DNA of 64,000 nucleotides, from contig DOSG01000008.1 of NCBI GenBank assembly GCA_003514055.1, positions 45,895 to 109,894 on the forward strand, in the 5' to 3' direction. Positions 1 through 10,105 of the stretch are shown one piece after another. The translations under genes were made by a program, and so were the position numbers. Source of the stretch: Candidatus Yanofskybacteria bacterium. Its GTDB lineage: Bacteria; Patescibacteriota; Minisyncoccia; 2-02-FULL-40-12; GWA2-44-9. The stretch's first letter is position 1. Each line of letters begins with the position of its first letter. Below the pieces are notes generated by a model. It saw only the letters and a list, made by a program, of their open reading frames with translations. It had not been told where the DNA came from and ran no database searches.

Positions 1-704
1 ATTTCAGCTGTGCGTTTTTTCTGCTCAGCTATTTCTTCTTCTTTTCGCCAAGACTGGACTTCAGGATCTCGCCACTCCCAGATAAGTTCTACAAAATTCA
101 TAAGAAAGTCGAAGGCTATCTGTTCATGATGAGTTCGTTCGCGTTGGCGTGGTAGATTCGGAATTTCGAAATCATCAGCGTAGCGTCTCTGATGGATACT
201 AAAGAAGCCGAGGATGGCATTAAATATTCGCTCCGATTGAATAGTCTTATTCCAAAAACTACCAAAACTATCATCTCGTCGATATTCAATCACTTTTCGA
301 GTTTCTGCGCCTTTAAAAAAATTCTGAACAAGCATCTTGAATGCTTTTTGCGCCACGATTTGTCGAATTTCGCCCTCAGACCTTACTACTTCATTTCCAT
401 TTTTATCGTAGCCTATCCTAAACTTCGGCGGATCTAGCGGAGAATTGGATCTGAGCAAGAAATGGCCGTCAGCAACTAGAAAGTAAAATATCAGGCGATC
501 GATATCGTCGTAATCTGGCTCACCGTATGTTGATGCAGTAAGACTAACTTCAAAACCTTCATGAAGTAGCCCTAGCAATTCACCAAGAGTCTTGGCAGTT
601 TGCCACATCTTCAGCCATTCATGAAAGTTCTTAGTCGGCCTCACTTCTCTTTTTGAAAGATCACCGAGTACGGCTATGTCGTACTTCTGTTGTGGTTCGA
701 ACAC
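1..704 (-). CDS. hypothetical protein, runs off the left edge (partial); not in the supplied ORF track
   Basis: Open frame from GTG at 704 (VFEPQQKYDIAVLGDLSKREVRPTKNFHEWLKMW...) to the window edge; GGAGG SD at 710-714 and a TTGACA-N16-TAGATT promoter upstream. Confidence 0.75.
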   Translation of the reverse strand, partial: MFEPQQKYDIAVLGDLSKREVRPTKNFHEWLKMWQTAKTLGELLGLLHEGFEVSLTASTYGEPDYDDIDRLIFYFLVADGHFLLRSNSPLDPPKFRIGYDKNGNEVVRSEGEIRQIVAQKAFKMLVQNFFKGAETRKVIEYRRDDSFGSFWNKTIQSERIFNAILGFFSIHQRRYADDFEIPNLPRQRERTHHEQIAFDFLMNFVELIWEWRDPEVQSWRKEEEIAEQKKRTAE

Positions 705-763
705 CGTAGCCTCCCATGTTATGCCCCGCTCTGTGGCGGAACCGTGGAGCTATCTCCACCGAT

Positions 764-791
764 AATCTACGCCGTCTAGGCGATTTGTCAA
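764..791 (-). promoter_or_regulatory. sigma70-type promoter of the orphan gene at 1..704
   Basis: TTGACA (791-786), 16-nt spacer, TAGATT (769-764). Confidence 0.6.
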
Positions 792-832
792 TAAGCAAAT
801 TGAGGGGAAAATAAAGCCGAGCAATTGCTCGG

Positions 833-1117
833 TCAGTCTATATGCACCTGACTTGGGATGACTTTTGGTTTTTTTCTCCTAATATCAGCCACTCGTAGAC
901 CCAGATCGCAACCGCCTCTTATGGCCACGTAATTTATGAAATCTACTACGACAGCCTCAGCGATTCGATTAGCTCTAGCTCTATTTGCATCAATCCAGTC
1001 GAAGTCAGATTCGGCTAAGCCGTTCTGATAGCTATTCCTGTAGATTGACGGAAGGATCCCTTTTAAATGAGTTCGGGCGTCTTCTTCTAACATGTCATGA
1101 AGCTCTTTTTTCGTCAT
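833..1117 (-). CDS. hypothetical protein (orphan cassette gene)
   Basis: 94-aa ORF with its own TTGATT-N16-TAATCT promoter, GAGG SD and downstream hairpin CCGAGC-AATT-GCTCGG. Confidence 0.65.
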   Translation of the reverse strand: MTKKELHDMLEEDARTHLKGILPSIYRNSYQNGLAESDFDWIDANRARANRIAEAVVVDFINYVAIRGGCDLGLRVADIRRKKPKVIPSQVHID

Positions 1118-1182
1118 AGCGCCCTCGAGTACTCAGACTAGATTATCACTACAATATTAATAATCAAGCGGGCTTGATCACA

Positions 1183-1220
1183 ATTACAAAGAGCGCCCCG
1201 AGAAGGGCGTTCTTTGTAAT
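1183..1220. repeat. ACAAAGGGCGCC-family palindrome, intergenic copy (probable terminator of the S41 protease gene)
   Basis: ATTACAAAGAGCGCCC-CGAGAA-GGGCGTTCTTTGTAAT, 16-bp stem with one G-T pair. Confidence 0.75.
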
Positions 1221-1231
1221 CTACTGAGTTA

Positions 1232-2482
1232 TTATCTTAACAATTCCAAAGCCTTGTCGAGCTGAGGATCTTTCCCTTTCTCGCCTATAACCAATGCTTC
1301 GAGTTCTTTTGGATCTTCCGGCAACATAACCTTGATATCGGCTTCAATCCCTTTTTCAGAAATCGATATACCATTAGGTGTCAGCCATTTGGCAATCGTA
1401 ACTTTTAACGATGAGCCGTCGGAAAAGTTTTCCAATTCTTGGACAGAACCCTTTCCAAACGACTTTTCGCCTACTAATTTTATTCCTCTATTATCATGCA
1501 GTGCTCCGGCTAAGATTTCTGATGCCGACGCTGATCCGCCATTCATCAATATCACCGTAGGTAATTTGAGCAAGCCGTTACCATTACTCTTGAATTCGTT
1601 TCTCGTACCATCGCCGAACTGCTCCATGACTACAATCTGACCTCTATTTAAGAACCACCCGGCCATATTTATGGCAGAATCCAACAACCCACCCGGATTA
1701 TTTCTCAAATCCAAGATTAGCCTAGTAGCCCCACTCTTTATTATATCTTGTGCTGCCTTGTTGAATTCAGATTCAACATTCTGATTGAAGGAGTATATCT
1801 GCATGTAGGCGATTTTATTACTACCCTCTTCAAAATATTTCAGATCGACTGTCGGAATCTTGATCGTATCTCTCGTTAATTCATAATCTCTTAATTCTCC
1901 ATTGGAAATCGACAATATAACTTTAGTTCCTTTCTTGCCACGAATCAAGTTTACCGCTTCATCCACGGACATTTCTTGGGTGCTTTTACCATTAATCTTA
2001 ACAACTTTATCTCCAGCTTTTATCCCAGCCTTATCGGCGGGAGTGCCTTTTAATGGAGAAACGACGGTTAAAACATTATTCTTTTTACTCAACTCTAGAC
2101 CAACACCGCCGAAAGATCCAGATATTTCTTCCTGGAATTTTTTGCTTTCAACAGGTTCAAAGAACGTAGTATAAGGATCTCCGGCGCTGTTCACCATACC
2201 CGCTATAGCACCGTAAAACATTTTTTCGTTACTAAGTTCACCCTTATCTACGTATTTCTCGTTTAATTTGTCCCACACCTGCCAAAAGAGTTCAAAATCA
2301 ATGTCTTTGTACTTAACCGCATCCTTATTTATCAGCCTAGCTACAACCGGTGAAGGTTCGTATTGGCCAATAAAATAACCGACTGCTAAGCCGATTAATA
2401 AGACGCCAACAAGCACTACTAAGCGCCACTTCGATTTAGTCCTAGATGCTTCTGGTTGTAATATTTGATTTTCTGATTCCAT
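1232..2482 (-). CDS. ctpA: S41 family carboxyl-terminal processing protease (CtpA/Prc-like, PDZ domain)
   Basis: DPYT, GVGLEL, DLRNNPGG, SASASEI and GKGSVQ motifs; N-terminal TM helix; start placed at MESENQ. Confidence 0.93.
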   Translation of the reverse strand: MESENQILQPEASRTKSKWRLVVLVGVLLIGLAVGYFIGQYEPSPVVARLINKDAVKYKDIDFELFWQVWDKLNEKYVDKGELSNEKMFYGAIAGMVNSAGDPYTTFFEPVESKKFQEEISGSFGGVGLELSKKNNVLTVVSPLKGTPADKAGIKAGDKVVKINGKSTQEMSVDEAVNLIRGKKGTKVILSISNGELRDYELTRDTIKIPTVDLKYFEEGSNKIAYMQIYSFNQNVESEFNKAAQDIIKSGATRLILDLRNNPGGLLDSAINMAGWFLNRGQIVVMEQFGDGTRNEFKSNGNGLLKLPTVILMNGGSASASEILAGALHDNRGIKLVGEKSFGKGSVQELENFSDGSSLKVTIAKWLTPNGISISEKGIEADIKVMLPEDPKELEALVIGEKGKDPQLDKALELLR

Positions 2483-3260
2483 ATTTTTTAAAATATTTGA
2501 TAGCATCTTTTATGTGCCATCTGGTTTCTTTTTTGAATAAAGCATCAAAGACATCGAAGCGACTCTTCGAACCTCTACGATGATAGTGATACATTTTAGA
2601 TTTAGGATAATAAATTACTCTGTATCCATTTTCCCAGAAGCGACGCGCCCAGTCAACATCACTCATATAGAGAAATAGATTTTCGTCCATTGAGCCAACT
2701 TTTTTTATAGCTTTTTTACTAACCATGATTGCTGAGCCCATCAACCAATCGGCATCAGTTTCTTTGAACAGATCGTGATCGTGCATTAAGAACTGCTCAA
2801 CTTCTTTTTTAAATAATCCTATTCTGCCGATAAAACTTCGACGATATATGGTAGTTAGTGGCGAATAGAATCTAAAGTATGAATCCTGATGACTGCCGTC
2901 AAAATTTAATAATTCCGGGCCGACTATGCCAATTTTAGGATCATCTTTAATCAATTCATACAAAGTCTCTACTGCACCTTCAAGCGGAATTATATCGGGA
3001 TTGATTACAAATACGTAATCGTTAACGCTGGCCTGAAGGCCAGCGTTAACGCCTTTGGTATAACCGATATTCTGGTCGAATGCCACTAATTTTATATCCT
3101 TAAACTCTTCATTGACGACATTCCGGGTCTCTATACTGCTGGCGATATCGATAACTATGATTTCGTATTTAAAATCTGCGCGAACAATACGTTTAAAAGA
3201 TTTCAAACACAGTCGTAATAGCGCCGGATTCTTATAATTGATGACGAGTATCGAAAGCAT
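2442..3260 (-). CDS. GT2 family glycosyltransferase (rhamnosyltransferase-like)
   Basis: NIGYTKGVNAG, INPD, MDENLFLYMSDVDW motifs. Confidence 0.9.
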   Translation of the reverse strand: MLSILVINYKNPALLRLCLKSFKRIVRADFKYEIIVIDIASSIETRNVVNEEFKDIKLVAFDQNIGYTKGVNAGLQASVNDYVFVINPDIIPLEGAVETLYELIKDDPKIGIVGPELLNFDGSHQDSYFRFYSPLTTIYRRSFIGRIGLFKKEVEQFLMHDHDLFKETDADWLMGSAIMVSKKAIKKVGSMDENLFLYMSDVDWARRFWENGYRVIYYPKSKMYHYHRRGSKSRFDVFDALFKKETRWHIKDAIKYFKKYGIRKSNITTRSI

Positions 3261-4300
3261 TAATTTAAAGTTTCAGCGAAAAACTTTTTAAATAAATCGA
3301 AATTCTCGCCATTTGGAAGTAACACGTAAATTGCATCGATGTATGTTTGATAAAGTAAATTCGCGGTGGAAATTACATATTCTTTGGGCATAGCCTTTTT
3401 CACTTGTTGATACAAGTTTATTAATTCCGACAAATTCCAAATATTCAAATCTGTTTTAATGTCGCTGCGAACGACACTTAGCATGCCAAAAGCTTTAAGA
3501 GGATCTGAGGTCAAATTAGCAGTCATGACTTTGTCTTTAATAGCCATTATAATTTCCTGTTGACGCCTAGACCTATCGAAATCGCTAGTTGAATACCTCG
3601 ATCGAGCGTAATAGAGCGCACCTTCACCATCGAGATGATTGAGCCCAGCCGGCAGATAGAAGCTATTCCCCCACTGGCTCTTCTCTTCAAATGGTTTGTC
3701 TAGGTATACGTCCACCCCATCTAGCTCGTCAACAATTTTCTTGAACGCTGTAAAATCAAAGACTATGGCATTATCTATATATATTCCAGTCATTATCGAA
3801 AATACTCTCTTTGTAAAATCTAGCCCCTCTTTGCGACTAAGTCCATATTCATAAACTTCGTTTATCTTGCCCATCTTGTACTTGTCGATTTTTATGTAAA
3901 GATCTCGTGGGATAGACACCAACGATGACTTTGCGGTGGTCTTGTCGTAACTAAAAAGCAAGATCGTGTCGGTTAACATACCGCCTTGAATCGCGTCCGG
4001 ATCGTCGAGACCACGCATGCCTAATATTAAGATGTCTAAACGATTTGGGTCAGGCTTTGGTGTCGGATCGGTAGATATTGCGGCTACCGGAAATGACAAA
4101 ATGGCCGAGACACGATTCCAGAAAGGAACACTACCATCACTGGTAATGACAATCTCGTTATAAGCTAAGCCCAACATTAAAGCTCCGTAGCTCAAGGCTA
4201 CTATGGCTATAATTGAAACGCCTAGACCAAGTATCTTCTTCTTACTTGGCTGATTATTATGTCCTACGGGGTCTATAAAATTCATTTCTTTATTATTCAT
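3260..4300 (-). CDS. LytR-CpsA-Psr (LCP) family glycopolymer transferase
   Basis: TDTILL, SIPRDLY, KIN, ALYYARSR, DFDRSRRQQ motifs; N-terminal TM. Confidence 0.93.
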   Translation of the reverse strand: MNNKEMNFIDPVGHNNQPSKKKILGLGVSIIAIVALSYGALMLGLAYNEIVITSDGSVPFWNRVSAILSFPVAAISTDPTPKPDPNRLDILILGMRGLDDPDAIQGGMLTDTILLFSYDKTTAKSSLVSIPRDLYIKIDKYKMGKINEVYEYGLSRKEGLDFTKRVFSIMTGIYIDNAIVFDFTAFKKIVDELDGVDVYLDKPFEEKSQWGNSFYLPAGLNHLDGEGALYYARSRYSTSDFDRSRRQQEIIMAIKDKVMTANLTSDPLKAFGMLSVVRSDIKTDLNIWNLSELINLYQQVKKAMPKEYVISTANLLYQTYIDAIYVLLPNGENFDLFKKFFAETLN

Positions 4301-5357
4301 ACCATTCGCGCATTCGAGCTGGCGCGGCTACAGCTCGTCTCATAATGGCATTTCTCTTCTTGAGCATTTTAGGAATATTTTTTAATACCACGCTAACCTC
4401 GCTTAAAACGGCTGGCTCATAGATAAGGAGGTAGGCCAGCATGGTTAATTCTCTTTTCGCTATATAAAAGAAGTCCTTGAGGCAATTTATTATATACTCA
4501 TTCTTGATCATTGTAAACCTAAGATTTTTCCATTCAAGCCGGCGCTTATTGAGCGGTATCTGCTGTCTACTTTTTCTGAATTCGGTGAAACCGCCAGACA
4601 ACGATTTTGTTGTCTGGCGATCATGCCAAGCCAAAACTCGTGGAGCATATATCTGCTTCCAGCCGAATAGGTTCATGCGCCACGCAATATCTAAATCCTC
4701 GGCATACCAAAAAAAATCGTGATCGAATATCTCTCCGGCACCTGACGGATTGATTTTGATTCTTAAACTAGCAAACGCTTCCTTTCTAAAAACAGGCACC
4801 GCACCTTCAACGCCGAATATCTCTTTCTGCGTGTTGTATTGGCCCGTGTCTTTCTCGCCATGGCCGATATTAACTATCCTCCTCGATTTGAATATTTTAA
4901 AACCACATGTGTCTATGACGTCGGTACCCAGCCTAAGATTACGACCTTTCAGCTGGTCCAAATCAAATCGGTAGACTTTGGCCTGAAGTGCACCAATATC
5001 GGCGCTTACTTCCATGACCCCCATCGCTTCAAGTAGAAAATTCTTATCTAATATCACGTCTACGGAAAGCACGACCACATATTTCCCAGCTGATATTTCA
5101 AACAACTTTTCCTGCCCAGCCCACATGCCTATGTTTTGTGAATTTTCAATAACTTGAGAATTCACAAAAGCTAATTCTCCAAGTTCTAATTGCCAGTCTT
5201 TGATTATTTTCTTTGTTCCATCGGTTGAATTATTATCCCAGATATTTAGCTCAATTAGATCATGCGGATAGTTCAAGTTCTTTATCGAATCCAAACAATG
5301 GCGAATATATTTTTCGCCATTAAAAACCACTAGATTTATTGAGATTCTACTTGACAT
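4293..5357 (-). CDS. GT2 family glycosyltransferase
   Basis: DNNSTDGT, FDHDFFWYAEDLDIAWR motifs. Confidence 0.9.
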   Translation of the reverse strand: MSSRISINLVVFNGEKYIRHCLDSIKNLNYPHDLIELNIWDNNSTDGTKKIIKDWQLELGELAFVNSQVIENSQNIGMWAGQEKLFEISAGKYVVVLSVDVILDKNFLLEAMGVMEVSADIGALQAKVYRFDLDQLKGRNLRLGTDVIDTCGFKIFKSRRIVNIGHGEKDTGQYNTQKEIFGVEGAVPVFRKEAFASLRIKINPSGAGEIFDHDFFWYAEDLDIAWRMNLFGWKQIYAPRVLAWHDRQTTKSLSGGFTEFRKSRQQIPLNKRRLEWKNLRFTMIKNEYIINCLKDFFYIAKRELTMLAYLLIYEPAVLSEVSVVLKNIPKMLKKRNAIMRRAVAAPARMREWYE

Positions 5358-5411
5358 CTTATTCCTAACATTATATCCTTTTTCCAGTCATTTTCCAAGA
5401 GAAGCAGAAAG

Positions 5412-5723
5412 ATGGATGAGCTTACTCCAAGCCAAGAAATTATAAAGAACGATTTAATCGCACATTTCAAAGAAGACGCGACATCGTCACTGAATCAAGT
5501 AGTCAATTTTCTTGGTCAAAAGCAAACTTGGTATTGCATAAATTTCGACCATAGATATCTCAACTTTGCCAAGCAAGACATGATAATGGTGCTAAAATAT
5601 TTGATAGCCCAGAGTATATTGGAAATATCCGATTGGAGGACATCTCCCGATATGAATGCTACATTTGGATTTGTGCTGGAACCAGTTTTTTCTCTTTCCG
5701 AAACATTTCAAGCCCAGGCTTAG
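5412..5723 (+). CDS. hypothetical protein (orphan cassette gene, antisense to the GT cluster)
   Basis: 103-aa ORF; promoter TTGACA(5351)-N17-TATCCT. Confidence 0.6.
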   Translation: MDELTPSQEIIKNDLIAHFKEDATSSLNQVVNFLGQKQTWYCINFDHRYLNFAKQDMIMVLKYLIAQSILEISDWRTSPDMNATFGFVLEPVFSLSETFQAQA

Positions 5724-7264
5724 TCTGGGCCTTTGTTTACCAAAAGAGCGGCAGAAACGGCAAGCATAAGAAAGGCGCGTTCGTCGAATATAGCTACGTC
5801 AGTCATTAAGTAAGCGAAGACCCACGGAATGAATAATAGACTTGCACCATAATAAGTTGCCAGCGTGGTGTCCGCCTTAGAATCGATGAATTTTCTATAG
5901 ATTATTTTGAATAACTCAAACAAGAATGCACATAGCGCAATCAGGGCAAAAACGCCCATCTCCGCGGCTACGTGCAAATAAATATTATGCGCCGAAGATC
6001 CAGCCTTAGACAGTTTAATATCTTGAGACAACACGACTGGATAATTACCAATACCCACTCCCAACAATGGATGGTCCGCTATAGATACTAAACTTTTTTT
6101 CCAGATTTCTATTCTTTGAGCGTTAGAAGTCTCACCAAAATCTATGACTGATCTAATTCGATTACCAAGCATGCTCCAATCCCCTTTTGATAATAAAAAT
6201 TGAGGCGAAGTAAATATCGGATAGGCAACAAAGAACATCATAAAAAACAAAATTATGTAGCTAGAAATGAATTTAAAATAACTCACCTTAGTTTCTTTCT
6301 TAATCGTCATATAGATAATCACGCCGATAGCAAGCGCAACCACTCCCACACTCGCCGCCCAGAAACCTCTGGTGCCAGTTAAAATTACTGCTAGGAATAT
6401 TATCGGCACCCAAACCACGAATAGCTTAGTCCTTGTTTTAATCAAATCTTGGAATTTCGCACCAACATCCATTTTGCGCATAGTCCAAGCAAAAATAGCT
6501 GGCATACCCAGAAGCAGAAATATTGGGAAAGAATGAGAATCTGGAAAAAGAGAAAACATCCTCAACGAAAGTTGCTCTCCGTAGTAAGCGAACCAAGTAT
6601 TACCAACCCTCACGGCAATATCGCACCATTGCTGACCAAACTGATTGCATTGGATGTTCTCACCCCATATGCGCATGAATTGATAAATATCAATAAAGTA
6701 ACTTGAGGCCAATTGTAAAAAACCAATAATCGTAACTAGTAAAACCGGAATCGTTAAGGCTCGAATTAGTCGCTTCGAAAAATCGCTACTTCTCGTGGTT
6801 AGATAGTAAACTGGAAAGCCAACCAAGCTTAAATTAGTAAAATAGATAATTCTTTTGATAGCGGCCGCCTTATCCGAAGCCATGGACACTGAAAGTAACA
6901 TCAGCGCATAAAGTGCAACGAGAGCCATTGCGTACAAAGGGCGCCATTGTACAAAGGCGCCCTTTGTAAAGATTTTCGTGGTTTTAAGCCGGGACAAAAA
7001 CCATTTCACGAATAATATGACTGAGAATATCCTCCAAGAATTAAAGTTATCAAAGCTAGAACTGAATGGAATCGCCAAAAACATCGGGATTGAGGCCGCA
7101 AAAAATATTACTCCATCCTCCAGCGGTGCTAAGATCAAATACAAAGCTAACATGGCCACTAAATATAAAACGAATTCGCGAGGTATAAGACCAGAAATAA
7201 CCAGAAAGAAGCAGATAACCTCAGCCACGTAAACTATTCCGCCAGTTTTTTTATTATTTAACAT
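5720..7264 (-). CDS. O-antigen ligase / Wzy_C family membrane protein
   Basis: Multi-TM; TGTRG, SNAQRIEIW, HPLLGVGIGNY, AHNIYLHVAAEMG motifs; start at MLNNKK overlapping the upstream GT4 stop. Confidence 0.88.
   Translation of the reverse strand: MLNNKKTGGIVYVAEVICFFLVISGLIPREFVLYLVAMLALYLILAPLEDGVIFFAASIPMFLAIPFSSSFDNFNSWRIFSVILFVKWFLSRLKTTKIFTKGAFVQWRPLYAMALVALYALMLLSVSMASDKAAAIKRIIYFTNLSLVGFPVYYLTTRSSDFSKRLIRALTIPVLLVTIIGFLQLASSYFIDIYQFMRIWGENIQCNQFGQQWCDIAVRVGNTWFAYYGEQLSLRMFSLFPDSHSFPIFLLLGMPAIFAWTMRKMDVGAKFQDLIKTRTKLFVVWVPIIFLAVILTGTRGFWAASVGVVALAIGVIIYMTIKKETKVSYFKFISSYIILFFMMFFVAYPIFTSPQFLLSKGDWSMLGNRIRSVIDFGETSNAQRIEIWKKSLVSIADHPLLGVGIGNYPVVLSQDIKLSKAGSSAHNIYLHVAAEMGVFALIALCAFLFELFKIIYRKFIDSKADTTLATYYGASLLFIPWVFAYLMTDVAIFDERAFLMLAVSAALLVNKGPD
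6933..6968. repeat. ACAAAGGGCGCC-family palindrome, in-frame inside the O-antigen ligase gene
   Basis: TACAAAGGGCGCC-ATTGTACAAA-GGCGCCCTTTGTA, perfect 13-bp stem; encodes TKGAFVQWRPLY. Confidence 0.85.
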
Positions 7265-8360
7265 TCTCAAAAAATGATTTAGCAAAACTGCTCCAGCTAA
7301 GCCTTGGAATTAATTCTTTGTATCTATCCTTACAATATTTTCTTTTTTGCTCGTCTTTGAGTCCCCTATCAATAGCATCGGCAATCTTTTCTGAGGTACC
7401 GTTTGCAGCAAAAAAAGCAGCATCGTTAAAAAGTTCGTGATTCAAGGCGTTGTCCATCACAACTACTGGTACGCCATATGAAGCCGCTTCCACCGGCGGC
7501 AAACCGAACGCCTCTGATTCAGATACATAAACAACCAATTCGGCGCTAGAATACAATCTTGAGATTTCGTCATCAGCTACATAGTCACGATAATTAATTC
7601 TTTCACGGCCAAATCTATTATTCATTTCTTTAACCATGCTCTGAATTATCGGTCTGGGATATTTATCCCGGCCCACCAATATTAATCTCAGATCTGGATA
7701 TTTGGGGGCTATCTGACTAAAAGCTAATATCGTTTCTTTGGCGTGGCGTCTTGCAAACATTTGGCCCACGTATAATATGTACAGGCTATTCGATTTAAAA
7801 TCTTGTGCAACTTCTCTAGCCCGATGGGACCCAAGACGTGAAACAAATATCTTATTTGGTTTTATTTTGTATAGTCTGGCAACCTCATCTTTCGATGCCC
7901 CCGATATGGCCATGATTTTATAAGCGAACTTCGCGGCCCAGTTAGTAAACATCCCATAGGCTAATCTATATTTGAACGGCAACGTACCTTGCTTGTACTC
8001 ATAGTAAACATCGTTGGTCAGTATCACTACGGCTTTCCCTAAGTATAATGGCGGCATCATATAGGCCGGGAAAAACATTCTATCGACGCCGTCGAGCATT
8101 GCCTTAACTGGCATTAAAATGTGATAAAAAATATTAAACGATTTTAGGGACTTCCAGCCGACGATTCTTTTGACGAATATTGGATTCTTCAGAACTTCGT
8201 CGTCGGGGATGAATTGATTGAAATATAGATATAATTTAAATTCTTTATGCCATTCTATATTTTTCTCATATTCTTTAAGTAAATTTAAAACCACGTGGCC
8301 AACGCCCCATCTAGACTTTGCATCCTCTAAATTTTCGCACTCAATCCCTATTTTAAGCAT
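7254..8360 (-). CDS. GT4 family glycosyltransferase
   Basis: EAFGLPPVEAASYGVPV motif. Confidence 0.9.
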   Translation of the reverse strand: MLKIGIECENLEDAKSRWGVGHVVLNLLKEYEKNIEWHKEFKLYLYFNQFIPDDEVLKNPIFVKRIVGWKSLKSFNIFYHILMPVKAMLDGVDRMFFPAYMMPPLYLGKAVVILTNDVYYEYKQGTLPFKYRLAYGMFTNWAAKFAYKIMAISGASKDEVARLYKIKPNKIFVSRLGSHRAREVAQDFKSNSLYILYVGQMFARRHAKETILAFSQIAPKYPDLRLILVGRDKYPRPIIQSMVKEMNNRFGRERINYRDYVADDEISRLYSSAELVVYVSESEAFGLPPVEAASYGVPVVVMDNALNHELFNDAAFFAANGTSEKIADAIDRGLKDEQKRKYCKDRYKELIPRLSWSSFAKSFFENVK

Positions 8361-8372
8361 GTCGTATTATTA

Positions 8373-8426
8373 TTGACACTCGAGGTTATCATCATATACT
8401 ACGTGAAGATCTTTGTGGAGGCCATC
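8373..8426 (+). promoter_or_regulatory. orphan-gene leader: promoter + boxA-like motif + SD
   Basis: TTGACA-N16-TATACT...GATCTTTG TGGAGG CCATC ATG. Confidence 0.65.
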
Positions 8427-8648
8427 ATGGCTAACAAAGCATTACTGCCGGGAAAAAGATTTGAGCTAAATAACCATTTAGGACAATCCTATCCCTTGCC
8501 ATGCCCAGGATGCAATACCATACTGCAACGCGATAACGTATCATTTGAATCTTGCGTTGAAGAAGGCCTGGTCGAACTTATCAATGGCGTGCTAGTACAG
8601 GAATTACATATTCCAGTCTGTCCATTCAGCTGGGTCGGTAATAACTAG
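8427..8648 (+). CDS. small hypothetical protein, possible zinc ribbon
   Basis: CPGC and HxxxC motifs; start moved to the ATG after GGAGG. Confidence 0.6.
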   Translation: MANKALLPGKRFELNNHLGQSYPLPCPGCNTILQRDNVSFESCVEEGLVELINGVLVQELHIPVCPFSWVGNN

Positions 8649-8666
8649 GGGCTAAGTAGCCTCTTT

Positions 8667-9599
8667 TTAATTTCCTATTTTGCCCATTTTATCTTTATAA
8701 AAATCGAATACTCCGTTTAGTATTGCCTGCGACCTTTCTTTTTCGATACCAAATATCAATTTGATTATCTGCTTTTTAATAATCCAGATGCTCCAGGGCC
8801 ACAATAATATTTGCACCCACCACGGACCAAATTTACGATTGAAATAAAGAGCGTTACGGTAATGATATCTCAACAGTAACGGAGACCCTAATTTTTTGGT
8901 TGAGGCCGATACCTTATGATTAATAGATACTCCTTCGGCTATGCCGATTGAAAACCCGGCTTGAGCCGCAGTCAATGATAAGTCGGCATCTTCAAAGTAC
9001 AGAAAATAGTCCTCATCCATTAGGCCAATCTTTTCAAACACATCACTAGATATGGCCGCGCCACCACCGATGGCGTAGATATTAGAAACACAATGGCCGC
9101 GTTGAATACAATGGCTGTCTTTTAGGCCGCAAAGACAGCCATTGTATTCAGGCGTATATATGTGTCCGAGGGTAGGCTTTAGCCACTTCACCAAGCCAGC
9201 ATAGGCCGTATGCCCACCCTCATCCAAAGGTATTGAAACTACCCCCCTTTTGAGCCTCAAAACGGCCTTTAGGCGAGCGATAAAGTCCTTTTCAGGTGTT
9301 GTATCGTTATTGATCAAAATCACCCATTTTGACCCTCCGGCCAAGGCCTTTTTTATGCCCACATTACACCCCCCAGAAAAGCCGAGGTTTTGACCATTTT
9401 TAATAACCACCAGGTTCTGCCAACCATGCTTTTTTTGATACTCATTGAGCCTATCTATGTCGGCCACGTTAGAACCATTCTCAACTACAATCAATTCGAA
9501 ATCAGAATCGGTTTGATTCTTAAATATATTTAGAAGATTAATCGTGTCTTCTGCTCCGTTATAATTTACAGTTACTATTGATATCTTCATCTTATCCAT
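8667..9599 (-). CDS. GT2 family glycosyltransferase
   Basis: NLGFSGGCNVG, INND, MDEDYFLYFEDAD motifs. Confidence 0.9.
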   Translation of the reverse strand: MDKMKISIVTVNYNGAEDTINLLNIFKNQTDSDFELIVVENGSNVADIDRLNEYQKKHGWQNLVVIKNGQNLGFSGGCNVGIKKALAGGSKWVILINNDTTPEKDFIARLKAVLRLKRGVVSIPLDEGGHTAYAGLVKWLKPTLGHIYTPEYNGCLCGLKDSHCIQRGHCVSNIYAIGGGAAISSDVFEKIGLMDEDYFLYFEDADLSLTAAQAGFSIGIAEGVSINHKVSASTKKLGSPLLLRYHYRNALYFNRKFGPWWVQILLWPWSIWIIKKQIIKLIFGIEKERSQAILNGVFDFYKDKMGKIGN

Positions 9600-9647
9600 T
9601 AATACCATAATACTACAAAAAGCGGCGAAACGCCGCTTTGTTGATAT

Positions 9648-9968
9648 TTATGCCCGAGAAGTTTCTGCGATATAGCTCTGCTCGAAAGCAAACCACATCT
9701 CTCTCCACTCTCCGTTAAGACGGATCCTAGAAAATACGAGCATATCGGGCGGATCACCACGCCCCTGACAATTAAAATCAGACTTACTGTAAATTTTCTC
9801 ATGTTCCATTTTATAAACAGTACAACCGATTTCATTGCCGTAAAATTGATACCCAAGTTGCTCTGGGTTCTTAGCAATCTGAACGGCCGATATTAGGTCT
9901 TCAGTCATGAGAACTGGATCAGATACTTCTCCATGGCCAGTATCGTGCGTTGCGATGACAATGAACAT
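9648..9968 (-). CDS. hypothetical protein (orphan cassette gene)
   Basis: 106-aa ORF, GGAGG SD, TTGACG-N17-GATTAT promoter, terminator hairpin at 9614-9641. Confidence 0.65.
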   Translation of the reverse strand: MFIVIATHDTGHGEVSDPVLMTEDLISAVQIAKNPEQLGYQFYGNEIGCTVYKMEHEKIYSKSDFNCQGRGDPPDMLVFSRIRLNGEWREMWFAFEQSYIAETSRA

Positions 9969-10043
9969 GTAAGCCTCCCCTGCTTAGAAACTGAGCCGAT
10001 AATCTCACAAATCCCGGCATGCGTCAATTAACTCAAGGTGTTT

Positions 10044-10105
10044 AAAAATAGCGGGAGGAACTTTCGAGAGGCTCTCGCAGGAACGAAAGTTTTCCCCCTA
10101 TTTTA
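10044..10105. repeat. short relative of the three-way-junction repeat
   Basis: Outer stem GGGAGGAACTTTCG/CGAAAGTTTTCCCC enclosing GAGAGGCTCTCG, which is shared with the copy at 17428. Confidence 0.5.

Noticed and set aside
192-437. 81-aa plus-strand ORF
   Set aside because: Shadow of the longer minus-strand ORF 1..704, which has a promoter and SD
9599-9877. 92-aa minus-strand ORF
   Set aside because: Alternative frame overlapping 9648..9968, which has the SD and terminator
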